Positions 39,064 to 48,739 of a DNA stretch of 64,000 nt are shown here, in pieces. The position numbers and the translations under genes are program-made. Location of the stretch: positions 19,258 to 83,257 of the forward strand of contig JAURFD010000001.1 in the NCBI GenBank assembly GCA_030827125.1, in the 5' to 3' direction. This DNA is from Candidatus Nanopelagicales bacterium (lineage in GTDB: Bacteria; Actinomycetota; Actinomycetes; S36-B12). Position 1 is the stretch's first letter; each line of letters opens with the position of its first letter. Below the pieces are notes generated by a model. It made no database searches. It saw only the letters and a program-made list of their open reading frames with translations, and was not told the origin of the DNA.

Positions 39064-40011
39064 GTGCTGCTGGGGGCGAGCCGCGGTCACGACTCGATTC
39101 CGGGAGGCGCCATCAAGACCGAGAACATCAATCACGAGTTCCTCGACGCCGTCCTCGAGGGTCGCCAGGTGGACGTCTACTACCACTTTGGTGTCGCCAG
39201 CGACGATCCGATTCTGGAGAAGCTACGTGGTGTCCGTGCGGTGATTTTGGCCGGCTCTGGTGAGCGCATCACTGACTTCGCTGAGCGCTGGAGCGCGCTG
39301 AGCGGCGACCCAGAGATCATCGCCTTCCCCAAGGAGGAACGCTTCGTCACGCGCTACACGGGCGGGGTGCTCTTCTCTTCGCATGGCATGGGCATGCCGA
39401 GTGCCTCGATCGCCGTCCAGGAGCTCATGCGGATGGTCTACTTCCTCAAGCGAGGCGATCTCGAGGCACTCGACGATGTCTTTTGGGCTCGTGTGGGGAC
39501 CAGCGGCGGTGTCGGTCTGCCGGGAGGCACCATCGTGGTGTCCGAGGCCGGCCTCATGGCGGACCTTAAGCCGTTCCGGCTGCTCCAGGGCGGGATCGGC
39601 ACCTACTGGTTCGATGGTGAGTTCCCGGCGGCGACCCGTGCGGCGATCATGGCGGCCAACGCCGACTCGGGTCTGCCGATCGTCGAAGGCAAGACCATCG
39701 CGACGAATGAATTCTTCCTTGAACAGTTCCGACTCGATGGCGCCATCCGACGGGAGACTGCGCAGACGAAGCACGAGTTTCTCGAATGGCTCCACGCCAA
39801 CGGAGTGCGCAATATCGAGATGGAGGGCGCCATGCTCGCCGCCTACTGGAACTCGTGGGGCTTTCCGTCCTTCGCCATGATCTGCGCGGTGCTCCTCAAC
39901 CGCCTCGAGGGTGACCAGGTCACGTCAACCCCGGAGCAGTTGCATGACTTCAGTGAGCAATCCGGCGATGTGCTCTTCAACTACCTGCAGCAGCGCCTGC
40001 TGACGTCCTGA
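39064..40011 (+). CDS. Uridine phosphorylase, eukaryotic UPP-like type; start uncertain
   Basis: DVYYHFG, SHGMGMPS, RVGTSGGVG, EQFRLDGA, NIEME, LLNRLEGDQV. Confidence 0.78.
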   Translation: MLLGASRGHDSIPGGAIKTENINHEFLDAVLEGRQVDVYYHFGVASDDPILEKLRGVRAVILAGSGERITDFAERWSALSGDPEIIAFPKEERFVTRYTGGVLFSSHGMGMPSASIAVQELMRMVYFLKRGDLEALDDVFWARVGTSGGVGLPGGTIVVSEAGLMADLKPFRLLQGGIGTYWFDGEFPAATRAAIMAANADSGLPIVEGKTIATNEFFLEQFRLDGAIRRETAQTKHEFLEWLHANGVRNIEMEGAMLAAYWNSWGFPSFAMICAVLLNRLEGDQVTSTPEQLHDFSEQSGDVLFNYLQQRLLTS

Positions 40012-40100
40012 AACCTAGTCGACCGACGAGACAAGGTGGTTCCCATGTTCGATCGCGACGCCTGCGTCCTCGCGGTCATGGCGACGAGGGGAGAATCACG

Positions 40101-41762
40101 ATGAGCCTGACGGCCGCGTTGCGATCGGCGCAGCAGTGGATCGCCACCGATCCAGATGAGCAGACTCGCACCGAACTTCAGCAACTCGTCAGGCGTGCTG
40201 AATCGGGGGATCAGGAAGCCGTCGATGAACTGGCGGATGCCTTCGACGGCACCTTGTCGTTCGGTACCGCGGGGCTGCGGGGTCGGCTCGGACCGGGGTC
40301 GAACCGCATGAATCGAGTCGTCGTCATGCGCGCCGCTGCCGGACTGGCCGCCTACCTCCGAGATACAGGCGGCCGCTCCATTGTCATCGGCTACGACGCG
40401 CGTCGAAACTCTGATGTCTTCGCCCACGACACGGCACGCATCATGGCCGGTGCCGGCATTGCCGCGATGGTGCTCCCGCACCCGCTGCCCACTCCGGTGA
40501 CGGCGTTCGCCATCGGGTTCCTCGGCACGAGCGGAGCCGTGATGGTCACCGCATCTCACAATCCGCCCGAGGACAATGGCTACAAGGTCTATCTGGGCGA
40601 TGGCAGCCAGATCGTCCCTCCTGCGGATGCTCAAATCTCCGAACGTATTGCCGCCGTCGGACCCGTCGCGGACATCCCCACGTCCGACGACTACGTCACG
40701 CTCGGCAGTGAAGTTCTCGATGCCTACGTTGCCCGCGCGGTGAACCTGCTGTCCCCTGGACCGCGGCAGATCCGTGCCGTTTACACCGCGTTGCACGGTG
40801 TCGGGGGCGAAGTGTTCATGCGGGCGGCCGCCGATGCGGGATTCCCTGCCCCGGTGCCGGTGGCCGCGCAGTTCGAGCCCGATGGTCACTTCCCCACGGT
40901 GAACTTCCCCAACCCCGAGGAGCCGGGGGCCATGGATCTCGCATTCGCCGAAGCAGCCGCGGTGGACGCCGACATCATCATCGCCAACGATCCTGACGCG
41001 GACCGAGCAGCGGCGGGTATCCGGACCGCAGACGGCGGCTACCGAATGTTGACCGGCGATGAGATTGGGTCCCTGCTGGCGTGGTGGACCGTCGAGCGCA
41101 TGCGACGCTCCGGTGCGCCGATGATGGGCACCATGGCCGAGTCGATCGTCTCCGGCACTCTGTTGCGCGGCATCGCCGAGGATGCCGGTCTGGACTATGC
41201 CGCCACGCTCACCGGCTTCAAGTGGATCTCGAAGGTGCCCGGGCTGATCTTTGGCTACGAAGAGGCCCTGGGCTATTGCTGTGACCCGGCGTACGTCAAG
41301 GACAAGGACGGCATCACCGCGTTGCTGCTGACGCTCGAAATGGCTGCGCACCTTGCGGTGGAGGGTGGTTCGTTACAGGACGTCCTCGACGATCTGGCGC
41401 TCCGTTTCGGTCTCCACGTGACGTCGCAGGTGTCGGTTCGAGTGAGTGACCTGCATCTGATTCGCGACGCCATGGCACGACTTCGGACGTCGCCGCCCCG
41501 TGTCCTCGGAGGTCGTCCAGTGAGTGCGGTCGTCGATCTCGAAGAGGGTGCAGACGGCCTACCGCCGACCGACGGTCTGCGCTTCACCTTGGCGGGTGCG
41601 CGCGTCATCATTCGGCCGAGCGGTACCGAGCCAAAGCTGAAGTGTTACCTGCAGATTGTCGTTCCCGTCCTCGGCGAGGATCTCGTGGCCGCCCGCGCGC
41701 TCGCGGATGCCGAGATGGCCTCGCTCCGATCAAGCGTCACCGACATTCTCGGTCTTCCCTAG
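40101..41762 (+). CDS. Phospho-sugar mutase (PGM/PMM family)
   Basis: FGTAGLRG, TASHNP, DPDADR, GYEEA, RPSGTEPKLK. Confidence 0.92.
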   Translation: MSLTAALRSAQQWIATDPDEQTRTELQQLVRRAESGDQEAVDELADAFDGTLSFGTAGLRGRLGPGSNRMNRVVVMRAAAGLAAYLRDTGGRSIVIGYDARRNSDVFAHDTARIMAGAGIAAMVLPHPLPTPVTAFAIGFLGTSGAVMVTASHNPPEDNGYKVYLGDGSQIVPPADAQISERIAAVGPVADIPTSDDYVTLGSEVLDAYVARAVNLLSPGPRQIRAVYTALHGVGGEVFMRAAADAGFPAPVPVAAQFEPDGHFPTVNFPNPEEPGAMDLAFAEAAAVDADIIIANDPDADRAAAGIRTADGGYRMLTGDEIGSLLAWWTVERMRRSGAPMMGTMAESIVSGTLLRGIAEDAGLDYAATLTGFKWISKVPGLIFGYEEALGYCCDPAYVKDKDGITALLLTLEMAAHLAVEGGSLQDVLDDLALRFGLHVTSQVSVRVSDLHLIRDAMARLRTSPPRVLGGRPVSAVVDLEEGADGLPPTDGLRFTLAGARVIIRPSGTEPKLKCYLQIVVPVLGEDLVAARALADAEMASLRSSVTDILGLP

Positions 41763-41856
41763 CCCATTGCCATCACACGGTCGACGGGCAAGGTTCACCT
41801 GATGGCCAAGACTCCTCGCCGATGTCCCCGTCGGGCAGGCAGCATCATCGACCGGC

Positions 41857-42270
41857 CTAGCCCTCCTCGATCGCCGCCGCGATCTCAAGATCGTGGGGGC
41901 CGAAAGCCTGCGGCAGGATCTGGTCCATGGATTGGACGCCCTGCGGCGTCATCATGAGCATGTGTGGCCCCCCGTGCTCGTACAGCAGTTGGCGGCAGCG
42001 GCCGCACGGCATGAGAGGTTCGCCGCGCCCATCGACGCAGTACGCCGCGGTGAGCTTGCCGCCACCTGTCGCGAAGAGCATGGAGACCATGGAGCATTCG
42101 GCGCACAGGGTGATGCCGTAGCTGGCATTCTCGATATTCGCGCCCCACACGATCCGACCGTCCTCGGCGAAGCCGGCTACTCCCACGGGGTATTTGGAGT
42201 ACGGCGAATACGAGTGCGCCAGCGCCGCCACAGCGGCCGCGCGGAGTTGCTCCCAGTCGGTATCCGTCAT
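41857..42270 (-). CDS. cdd: Cytidine deaminase
   Basis: NIENASYG, CAE, PCGRCRQ. Confidence 0.92.
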   Translation of the reverse strand: MTDTDWEQLRAAAVAALAHSYSPYSKYPVGVAGFAEDGRIVWGANIENASYGITLCAECSMVSMLFATGGGKLTAAYCVDGRGEPLMPCGRCRQLLYEHGGPHMLMMTPQGVQSMDQILPQAFGPHDLEIAAAIEEG

Positions 42271-42442
42271 CGCCGTTGACCTCCGTCGCATCATGGCTAC
42301 ACCCGTATGTCTGCGCGAAGTTAGCACCGCGGACGGTGCCCGCGTGGGTGGTTGGTGCGCAGAGCACTAGCCTTCGTAGGGAGCAGTTTCCGCGGCCGAT
42401 GTGGATCACGTGCGCCAGCGGCCCAGCGATCGGGAGGTAGCC

Positions 42443-43372
42443 ATGCCAGGCATCTGCGACGGACGGATCGTCGTCATCACTGGAGCCGGACGGGGGATCG
42501 GTCGCGAACATGCCCTGGCCTTCGCCCGCGAAGGGGCCAAGATCGTGGTCAACGACCGCGGTGGAGCCGTTGACGGAGGTGGCTCCGATGTGAGTCCGGC
42601 GCAGCAGGTCGTCGAGGAGATTCAGGCGATGGGCGGCGAGGCCGTGGCCAATGCCGATGATGTCACCGATTTCGCCGGGGCCGGGCGCATCATCCAGGCG
42701 GCGATCGATGCCTTCGGTGGACTCGATGTCGTCGTGAACAACGCCGGCATCCTGCGGGACCGCATGTTCGTCAACATGACCCCGGAGGAGTTCGACTCCG
42801 TGATCGCCGTGCACTTGCGCGGAACCTTCGCGGTGTCGCGGCACGCGGCCGACTACTGGCGTGCACGATCAAAGGCCGGGGAATCCAATGATGCGCGGAT
42901 CATCAACACGTCGTCCCCGAGTGGCATCTTCGGCAATATCGGCCAGGCCAACTACGGATCTGCCAAGGCCGCCATCGCCGCAATGACGGTGATCTTGGCC
43001 GATGAGCTCGCACGCATCGGGGTGACTGTCAATGCGATCGCGCCGGTCGCGCTCACGCGGATGACCGAGGGACTGCCGATGTTCGCTGAACTCGCGAAGT
43101 TGGAGCCCGATGCCAGCGGCTATCACCCCCTGGATCCGGCGAACATCTCGCCGCTGGTGGTGTGGCTCGGCTCCGCTGAGTCGGCCGGTGTCACCGGTCG
43201 GGTCTTCACCATCACCGGCAACGAGATCGGGGTGGCTGAGCCGTGGGTTAAGGGACCGACAGCGGCCAAGGAGTCGGGCGGCTGGGCGCCCGCCGAACTC
43301 GGTGCTGTGATTCCCGAACTCGTCGGCGACGCACGTGGCTCCAGCGACATGTTCGGCAATCCTCGGACCTAG
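42443..43372 (+). CDS. SDR family oxidoreductase
   Basis: TGAGRGIG, NNAGILRD, YGSAK. Confidence 0.9.
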   Translation: MPGICDGRIVVITGAGRGIGREHALAFAREGAKIVVNDRGGAVDGGGSDVSPAQQVVEEIQAMGGEAVANADDVTDFAGAGRIIQAAIDAFGGLDVVVNNAGILRDRMFVNMTPEEFDSVIAVHLRGTFAVSRHAADYWRARSKAGESNDARIINTSSPSGIFGNIGQANYGSAKAAIAAMTVILADELARIGVTVNAIAPVALTRMTEGLPMFAELAKLEPDASGYHPLDPANISPLVVWLGSAESAGVTGRVFTITGNEIGVAEPWVKGPTAAKESGGWAPAELGAVIPELVGDARGSSDMFGNPRT

Positions 43373-43395
43373 CGCTCACCCGGAGGCCGTCTGAG

Positions 43396-43938
43396 TTACA
43401 GCTGGACGCGTTCGGCCCGAGTGAGGATGCGATCGACGTAGGCCTGCGTCTCCGGGAACGGCGGCACACCCTCGTACTTGACCACCTGGTTGAAGCCGGC
43501 GTTGTACGCCGCGAGGATGTTCTTCAGCGAATTGCCGGGTACGTCGGCCACCAGGGCGGCGTTCACGCAGTTGAGTTCAGCAGCGGAGTGGATCGCGTCC
43601 ACCGGATTCCACACGTCGATATCGCCATCGCCATCGCCGTCGACGGCGTACTGCTCCCACACGGCCGGCATGAATTGAGCAATACCCTGGGCGCCGGCGG
43701 GACTGACGGCGTACGGATCCCAACTGCTCTCCGACGCGATCTGCGCGGCGAGAACCTGGGGCGGAACCACGGGGCACCGCTCGGCCGCGGCCACGATCAC
43801 GGGTCGGTACTGCTCGGGGACGACAATCGCTTGGCGATCGCGGAGCCAGTCGACTCCGCCGAGGGCGACAAAGGCCCCCGCGAGGGTCACCCCCGCGAGG
43901 ACGAGGACCGCGGCGACCACGGCCAGGACCTTCCCCAT
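43396..43938 (-). CDS. Membrane-anchored lytic transglycosylase (SLT)
   Basis: N-terminal TM, ESSW, GAQGIAQFMP, AAYNAG, ETQAYV. Confidence 0.85.
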   Translation of the reverse strand: MGKVLAVVAAVLVLAGVTLAGAFVALGGVDWLRDRQAIVVPEQYRPVIVAAAERCPVVPPQVLAAQIASESSWDPYAVSPAGAQGIAQFMPAVWEQYAVDGDGDGDIDVWNPVDAIHSAAELNCVNAALVADVPGNSLKNILAAYNAGFNQVVKYEGVPPFPETQAYVDRILTRAERVQL

Positions 43939-44035
43939 CAGACCACGGTAACCCGGCAGATCCTCGGATCCTTCCCCCTGAGGCCTCTTGCCCCACGAGC
44001 CGACGTCGCGGCGGTCCGGGCTCTACCGTGGACCC

Positions 44036-45175
44036 ATGGGTGATGAGGTGGCCGGCCGCGATATCGACCGCACGGAGGTGGAGCGCCTCTTCGGAGCCCG
44101 CCTTGGGGAGGCGTTCGACGCGCTGGGGTGCTTCAACCTCGCGGTCTTCGGCAAGACGGGGGTGGGCAAGTCCACGCTGGTTAACGCGATCTTTGGCGCC
44201 CAGGTCGCCCAGACCGGCGTCGGTCGCCCCGTTACCCGGGGCCTGGTCTACTACCGTCACCCCGGCGGCCTGCTAGGCCTGTACGACTCCGAGGGCTTTG
44301 AGACCGGTCACTCGGGGGACGAGATCCTCGCGGCTTTGCGCGAACGGGTCGAGGGCACCCGTGGACTGCCGGTCGATCAGCGGATTCACGCCGCCTGGTA
44401 CCTCGTGCGGTGGTCCGATCGCCGGTTCGAGGATCGGCAGGCGGACTTCGTCCGTGCCCTGTCCGACCTAGGTCTGCCGGTCGTTCTTGTGGTGACGCAG
44501 GTACCCACGCGCGACGGCGTTCCGCACCCGGAGGCCCTGGAGTTGGCGGCGTACATCGAGAGCCTCGGGCTGCCGCTGCGCCCCGGGGGCAAGGTCGTGC
44601 TCACCAACGCTCTCGACGATCCCTTCACCGGCGCGCCCGTCTTCGGGCTGCAGGAGTTGCTCGATGCGACGTACCTGGTCGTCCCCGAGGTGGCGACGGC
44701 GGCGCTGACGGCCGCTCAGATCCTCGACTGGGAGCGTAAAAGACAGGCGGCGAAGAAGATCATCAATCAGTCGGTGGCGGTCGCGGCTGGCGTCGGTGCC
44801 ACTCCCATCCCCTTCTCAGATGCGGCCATCCTGGTTCCGGCGCAGGTGACGATGATCGCCCGGCTCACGGCCGCCTACGGTCTGCCGGCGGATCGGTCAC
44901 GCGCCCTCGCCGCGGCAGGTGCCCTCGTCCTCACCGGCGGCGCAACGATGGCAGGCCGCTACCTGGTGACGAGCCTGCTGAAGTTCATCCCCGGGGGTCA
45001 GGTGGCAACGTCGGCAATCTCGGCGACGGTCGCCGGATCGCTCACTCGGGGGGTGGGCATGGCGTGGGCGCGGGTGTGCGAGCACGCCCTCGCGCTCCCC
45101 GATGCCGAGCGGGACCGGTTCCTCGCGGGGAATGCCCCGCTGGAGCTGTTCCGGGCCTACCTCAAGGGCCGCTAA
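44036..45175 (+). CDS. P-loop GTPase with DUF697/YcjF-like C-terminus
   Basis: GKTGVGKS, DSEG, TPIPFSDA. Confidence 0.8.
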   Translation: MGDEVAGRDIDRTEVERLFGARLGEAFDALGCFNLAVFGKTGVGKSTLVNAIFGAQVAQTGVGRPVTRGLVYYRHPGGLLGLYDSEGFETGHSGDEILAALRERVEGTRGLPVDQRIHAAWYLVRWSDRRFEDRQADFVRALSDLGLPVVLVVTQVPTRDGVPHPEALELAAYIESLGLPLRPGGKVVLTNALDDPFTGAPVFGLQELLDATYLVVPEVATAALTAAQILDWERKRQAAKKIINQSVAVAAGVGATPIPFSDAAILVPAQVTMIARLTAAYGLPADRSRALAAAGALVLTGGATMAGRYLVTSLLKFIPGGQVATSAISATVAGSLTRGVGMAWARVCEHALALPDAERDRFLAGNAPLELFRAYLKGR

Positions 45176-45180
45176 ACCCG

Positions 45181-45245
45181 CCCGGTTCCGACCGTCATGG
45201 TGGGTTTCGCGCACGGGAAACCCACCACAACGGTCGGAAACCGGG
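45181..45245. repeat. REP-like palindrome, same family as 8452-8515
   Basis: Near-perfect inverted repeat CCCGGTTCCGACCGT..TGGTGGGTTTC / GAAACCCACCA..ACGGTCGGAAACCGGG. Confidence 0.8.
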
Positions 45246-45298
45246 AGGGGTTGGGCGGACCTTGCTACGGTCGGGGCTGGTCACGAAGGGAGTCCGCC

Positions 45299-46084
45299 AT
45301 GCGCAAGGTCTTCGTCCTCGCCGCTGCCGCGGCCGGAGCGGTCGCAGGAGTAGCCGCCTGGAAGAAGTATCGAGACACCAGTCCGGTTGCGGAGCGGGCC
45401 GACGCCTGGGCCGGTGCCGTGTCGTCGTACGCCGACCGTGCCTCGGCCGGTGTCGCGGGTGCCGCGGGGCTGGCCGCGGGAGTCGCCGATACCGCTGCCC
45501 GGACCGTGTCCGACGCCGCGCACGCCGCCCGCTTGCCCGGCTCCGTCGCCGACTCGGTGTCTGCCGGCGCGGCTCAGGCCGGTGCCGCGGCCTCTACGGC
45601 GGCGGACACCACGAGCCTCGTGGCCGGTACCGCCGCTCATGCGGCCGCCAGCGCTGCGTCGGAGACCGCCGAGACGGTGAAGGGAGCCGCCGCCGCGGCC
45701 GCTGCGGATCTCGCCGCGAGTGAAGCGGCGGAGTCAAGTGCACAGGAGCAGGTCGAGCCACCCGCCGGAACGGAGGGCGCTGAAGCTCCCGAGGTGGACG
45801 CCCCTAAGGCCGCGCCCAAGGCAAACGCGCCCAAGGCAAACGCGCCCAAGGCCGCACCCAAGCCGCATCCCACCCCGACATCGGTCGGCAACCCGGGGGC
45901 GAAGAAGGCGGGCAAGAAGGCGGCGAAAAAACCTGCGGCCAAGAAGGCGGCCGCCCCGAAGCCAAAACCACCGGCCGAGTCCGCCTCCGGTGCGGCGGCG
46001 ACCTCGCCCAAGCGCAGCCGCAACCGCACCAAGGGTGGGGTCCCGGTCGACCGGGAGGCGTCGGAGGGCGCCCCCGACGCCTAG
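45299..46084 (+). CDS. Hypothetical Ala-rich protein with histone H1-like Lys/Ala/Pro tail
   Basis: GGGAG SD, hydrophobic N-terminus, APKAN repeats, KKAGKKAAKKPAAKKAAAPK. Confidence 0.65.
   Translation: MRKVFVLAAAAAGAVAGVAAWKKYRDTSPVAERADAWAGAVSSYADRASAGVAGAAGLAAGVADTAARTVSDAAHAARLPGSVADSVSAGAAQAGAAASTAADTTSLVAGTAAHAAASAASETAETVKGAAAAAAADLAASEAAESSAQEQVEPPAGTEGAEAPEVDAPKAAPKANAPKANAPKAAPKPHPTPTSVGNPGAKKAGKKAAKKPAAKKAAAPKPKPPAESASGAAATSPKRSRNRTKGGVPVDREASEGAPDA
45812..45852 (+). repeat. In-frame 15-bp tandem repeat
   Basis: GCGCCCAAGGCAAAC x2 plus a partial third copy. Confidence 0.85.
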
Positions 46085-46139
46085 CTCGCCCATCGCCGCG
46101 CCGCACGCGGACCCCGAGCGCTCCGAAATTACCCTCGCG

Positions 46140-46165
46140 GGAACATCGGGGCACCCTGATGCGTT
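46140..46165 (+). promoter_or_regulatory. SigH/SigR-type promoter of the PAC2 gene
   Basis: GGAAC-N18-GTT. Confidence 0.7.
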
Positions 46166-46196
46166 GCGAAGGTCAGCACCTATGAGGAGGACACCC

Positions 46197-47129
46197 ATGC
46201 GCGAACCCGCTGACCTGATCACCTGGCACAGCGAGCCGACCCCGGTCGAGGGGCGCTCGGTGCTCGTGCACGCCTTCACCGGATTCCTCGACGCCGGCGG
46301 GGCCACGGCGACCGCCGCCCGCCTCCTGCAGTCCCGCGACCACCGGCTCCTCGCGACCTTCGACGTCGATGAAGTGCTGGATTACCGCGCCCGACGTCCG
46401 GTGCTCACCTTCGTCACCGACCACTTCGCCGCCGTCGACATGCCGCAGATCGCCCTGCATGAGGTGCTAGACGACGAGGGAACGCCGTTCCTCCTCCTCA
46501 CCGGTCCCGAACCGGACTATCAGTGGCAGCGCTTCGCGGCCGCGATCGTCGAACTCACCCGACGGACCGGTACGACGCTCACCGTGGGTCTGTCGGCGAT
46601 TCCGTGGCCCGCGCCGCACACCCGGCCGCTGGGCATCACCATCCACGGCAATGTCCCGTCCTTGGTCCAGGCGCCCCACACCGCGGGCAATATCCAGGTC
46701 CCCGGTCACATCGGAGGACTCCTCGAACTGTCCTTGAGTGAGGCCGGTGAAAAAGCGATCGGGATCGCCACCCACGTGCCCCACTACCTGGGCCAGTTCG
46801 ACTACCCCGCTGCCGCCATCGCGATGGTGGAGGCGTTGGCGCAGGCCACCGGTCTCGTGCTCCCGGTCGACGAGTTGCGCGCCCCGGCCTCGCGCGCCGA
46901 GGGTGAGATCGCGCAGCAACTGCAGAACAATGAGGAGTTCGTCACCATCGTTCGTGCCCTCGAGCAGCAGTACGACCAGATGGCCGCGCTGCGCACCGGC
47001 ACTGCATCGGCGGGCTCCTCGGAGTTGGCCCCGGAGGGCCGAGTGGCCTCGGGGGATGAGATCGCGGCGCAGGTGGAGCAGTTCCTCGCCGATATGCACG
47101 GCCGCGAGTCCGGCGACGACCTCGACTGA
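46197..47129 (+). CDS. PAC2 family (proteasome assembly chaperone-like) protein
   Basis: FTGFLDAG, DYRARRP, GPEPDYQW, PHTRP, VPHYL, LEQQYD. Confidence 0.88.
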   Translation: MREPADLITWHSEPTPVEGRSVLVHAFTGFLDAGGATATAARLLQSRDHRLLATFDVDEVLDYRARRPVLTFVTDHFAAVDMPQIALHEVLDDEGTPFLLLTGPEPDYQWQRFAAAIVELTRRTGTTLTVGLSAIPWPAPHTRPLGITIHGNVPSLVQAPHTAGNIQVPGHIGGLLELSLSEAGEKAIGIATHVPHYLGQFDYPAAAIAMVEALAQATGLVLPVDELRAPASRAEGEIAQQLQNNEEFVTIVRALEQQYDQMAALRTGTASAGSSELAPEGRVASGDEIAAQVEQFLADMHGRESGDDLD

Positions 47130-47158
47130 CGGCATTGAGCCGGCAACGCCAGGGCTGA

Positions 47159-47172
47159 CGAAAACGGTGCCA
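47159..47172. promoter_or_regulatory. Putative LacI-family operator
   Basis: CGAAAACGGTGCCA, similar to the boxes at 53615 and 53740. Confidence 0.5.
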
Positions 47173-47233
47173 CTCCTACACACCGCGACCGGTCTGTATG
47201 ACAGGATTTCCCCAATTCCGTGGGAGGAAACCT

Positions 47234-48718
47234 GTGCGAAACCGTGTTCAGCTGATCGCCTACGCCGACCGACTCGGTGGTGATATTTCGGCGCTCACAA
47301 ACATCGTGCGCGGTCCGCTCGCAGGCGCCTACGGCGGCGTTCACCTCCTGCCGTTCTTCACCCCATTCGACGGCGCCGACGCGGGGTTTGACCCGGTCGA
47401 TCACACCGAGGTCGACCCCCGACTCGGCGGTTGGGGGGACCTCGCCGCGCTGGCAGCCGACCACGAGGTTGTCGTCGATGTGATCGTCAATCACGTCTCG
47501 GCAGACTCCGCTGCCTTCATCGATGTGCTTGCCCACGGTGACGCGTCGACCTACGCCCCGATGTTCCTCACGATGTCGAGCGTCTTCCCTGACGGCGCCA
47601 CCGAGGCTGACCTGGCGAAGATCTACCGGCCACGGCCCGGCCTCCCCTTCACGCCGTACACCCTCGGCGGTGAGCGGCGACTGGTGTGGACGACGTTCAC
47701 TCCGCAGCAGGTCGACATCGACGTTCGGTCAGAGCAGGGGCGGGCCTATCTCATCTCGATCCTCGACCGCCTGCGCGATGTGGGCGTCTCGCTCGTGCGC
47801 ATGGATGCGGTCGGTTACGCCATCAAGACCGCGGGGACCTCCTGCTTCATGACTCCGGACACCTTTGACTTCATCGACGAGTTCACCGCGTTGGCGCATG
47901 CGCGAGGCCTCGACATCCTGGTGGAAATCCACTCCTACTACCGCGACCAGATCGATATCGCGGCGCGGGTGGACTGGGTCTACGACTTCGCCCTTCCGCC
48001 GCTCGTCTTGTACGCCGCCTACACCGGTGACCACGCGCCGCTCCACCGTTGGTGCGACATGCGCCCGGCCAATGCCATCACGGTTCTCGACACTCACGAC
48101 GGGATCGGCATCGTTGATGTCGGACCGGATCAGAAGGTATCGGGGCGCCCCGGATTGTTGACGCCCGAGCAGTTGGATGTCGTGGTCGAAGGAATCCATG
48201 AGAGCACGGCGGGGGAGAGCCGGAAGTCCACCGGGCAGGCCGCTTCTAATCTGGACGTCTACCAGGTCAACTCGACGTTCTATTCGGCTCTCGGCGCCGA
48301 TGATCGACGCTATCTCGCGGCCCGTGCCGTGCAGTTCATGCTTCCGGGCATCCCGCAGGTGTATTACGTCGGCGCGCTCGCTGGCGCCAACGACATGGAC
48401 TTTCTGGCCCGCTCTGGGGTTGGACGCGACATCAACCGGCACGCCTACTCCGACGACGACCTCGCCGCGGATCTTGAACGCCCGGTCGTGCAATCGCTGC
48501 TGGCCCTCGCTCGGTGGCGCAACGAACTGCCCGTCTTTGAGGGTGAGGCGATCGTGGAGGGGAAGGACGAGGGAATCCGAATCACACGCCGACAAGGCGA
48601 GGTGTGGGCGGCCCTGGTCACCGATCTGTCGCAAGGAGAGGTGCACCTGAGTTGGTCGGGGCCCGACGGCGAAGGCGAGACGACCGATCTGCTGACGTCG
48701 CCACCGCGCGTGGGCTGA
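47234..48718 (+). CDS. gtfA: Sucrose phosphorylase (GH13_18)
   Basis: VQLIAYADRLG, GADAGFDP, IYRPRP, RMDAVGYA, VEIH, TVLDTHDGIG, NLDVYQVN. Confidence 0.9.
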   Translation: MRNRVQLIAYADRLGGDISALTNIVRGPLAGAYGGVHLLPFFTPFDGADAGFDPVDHTEVDPRLGGWGDLAALAADHEVVVDVIVNHVSADSAAFIDVLAHGDASTYAPMFLTMSSVFPDGATEADLAKIYRPRPGLPFTPYTLGGERRLVWTTFTPQQVDIDVRSEQGRAYLISILDRLRDVGVSLVRMDAVGYAIKTAGTSCFMTPDTFDFIDEFTALAHARGLDILVEIHSYYRDQIDIAARVDWVYDFALPPLVLYAAYTGDHAPLHRWCDMRPANAITVLDTHDGIGIVDVGPDQKVSGRPGLLTPEQLDVVVEGIHESTAGESRKSTGQAASNLDVYQVNSTFYSALGADDRRYLAARAVQFMLPGIPQVYYVGALAGANDMDFLARSGVGRDINRHAYSDDDLAADLERPVVQSLLALARWRNELPVFEGEAIVEGKDEGIRITRRQGEVWAALVTDLSQGEVHLSWSGPDGEGETTDLLTSPPRVG

Positions 48719-48739
48719 CCTCCTGCCACGATGGTGGCC

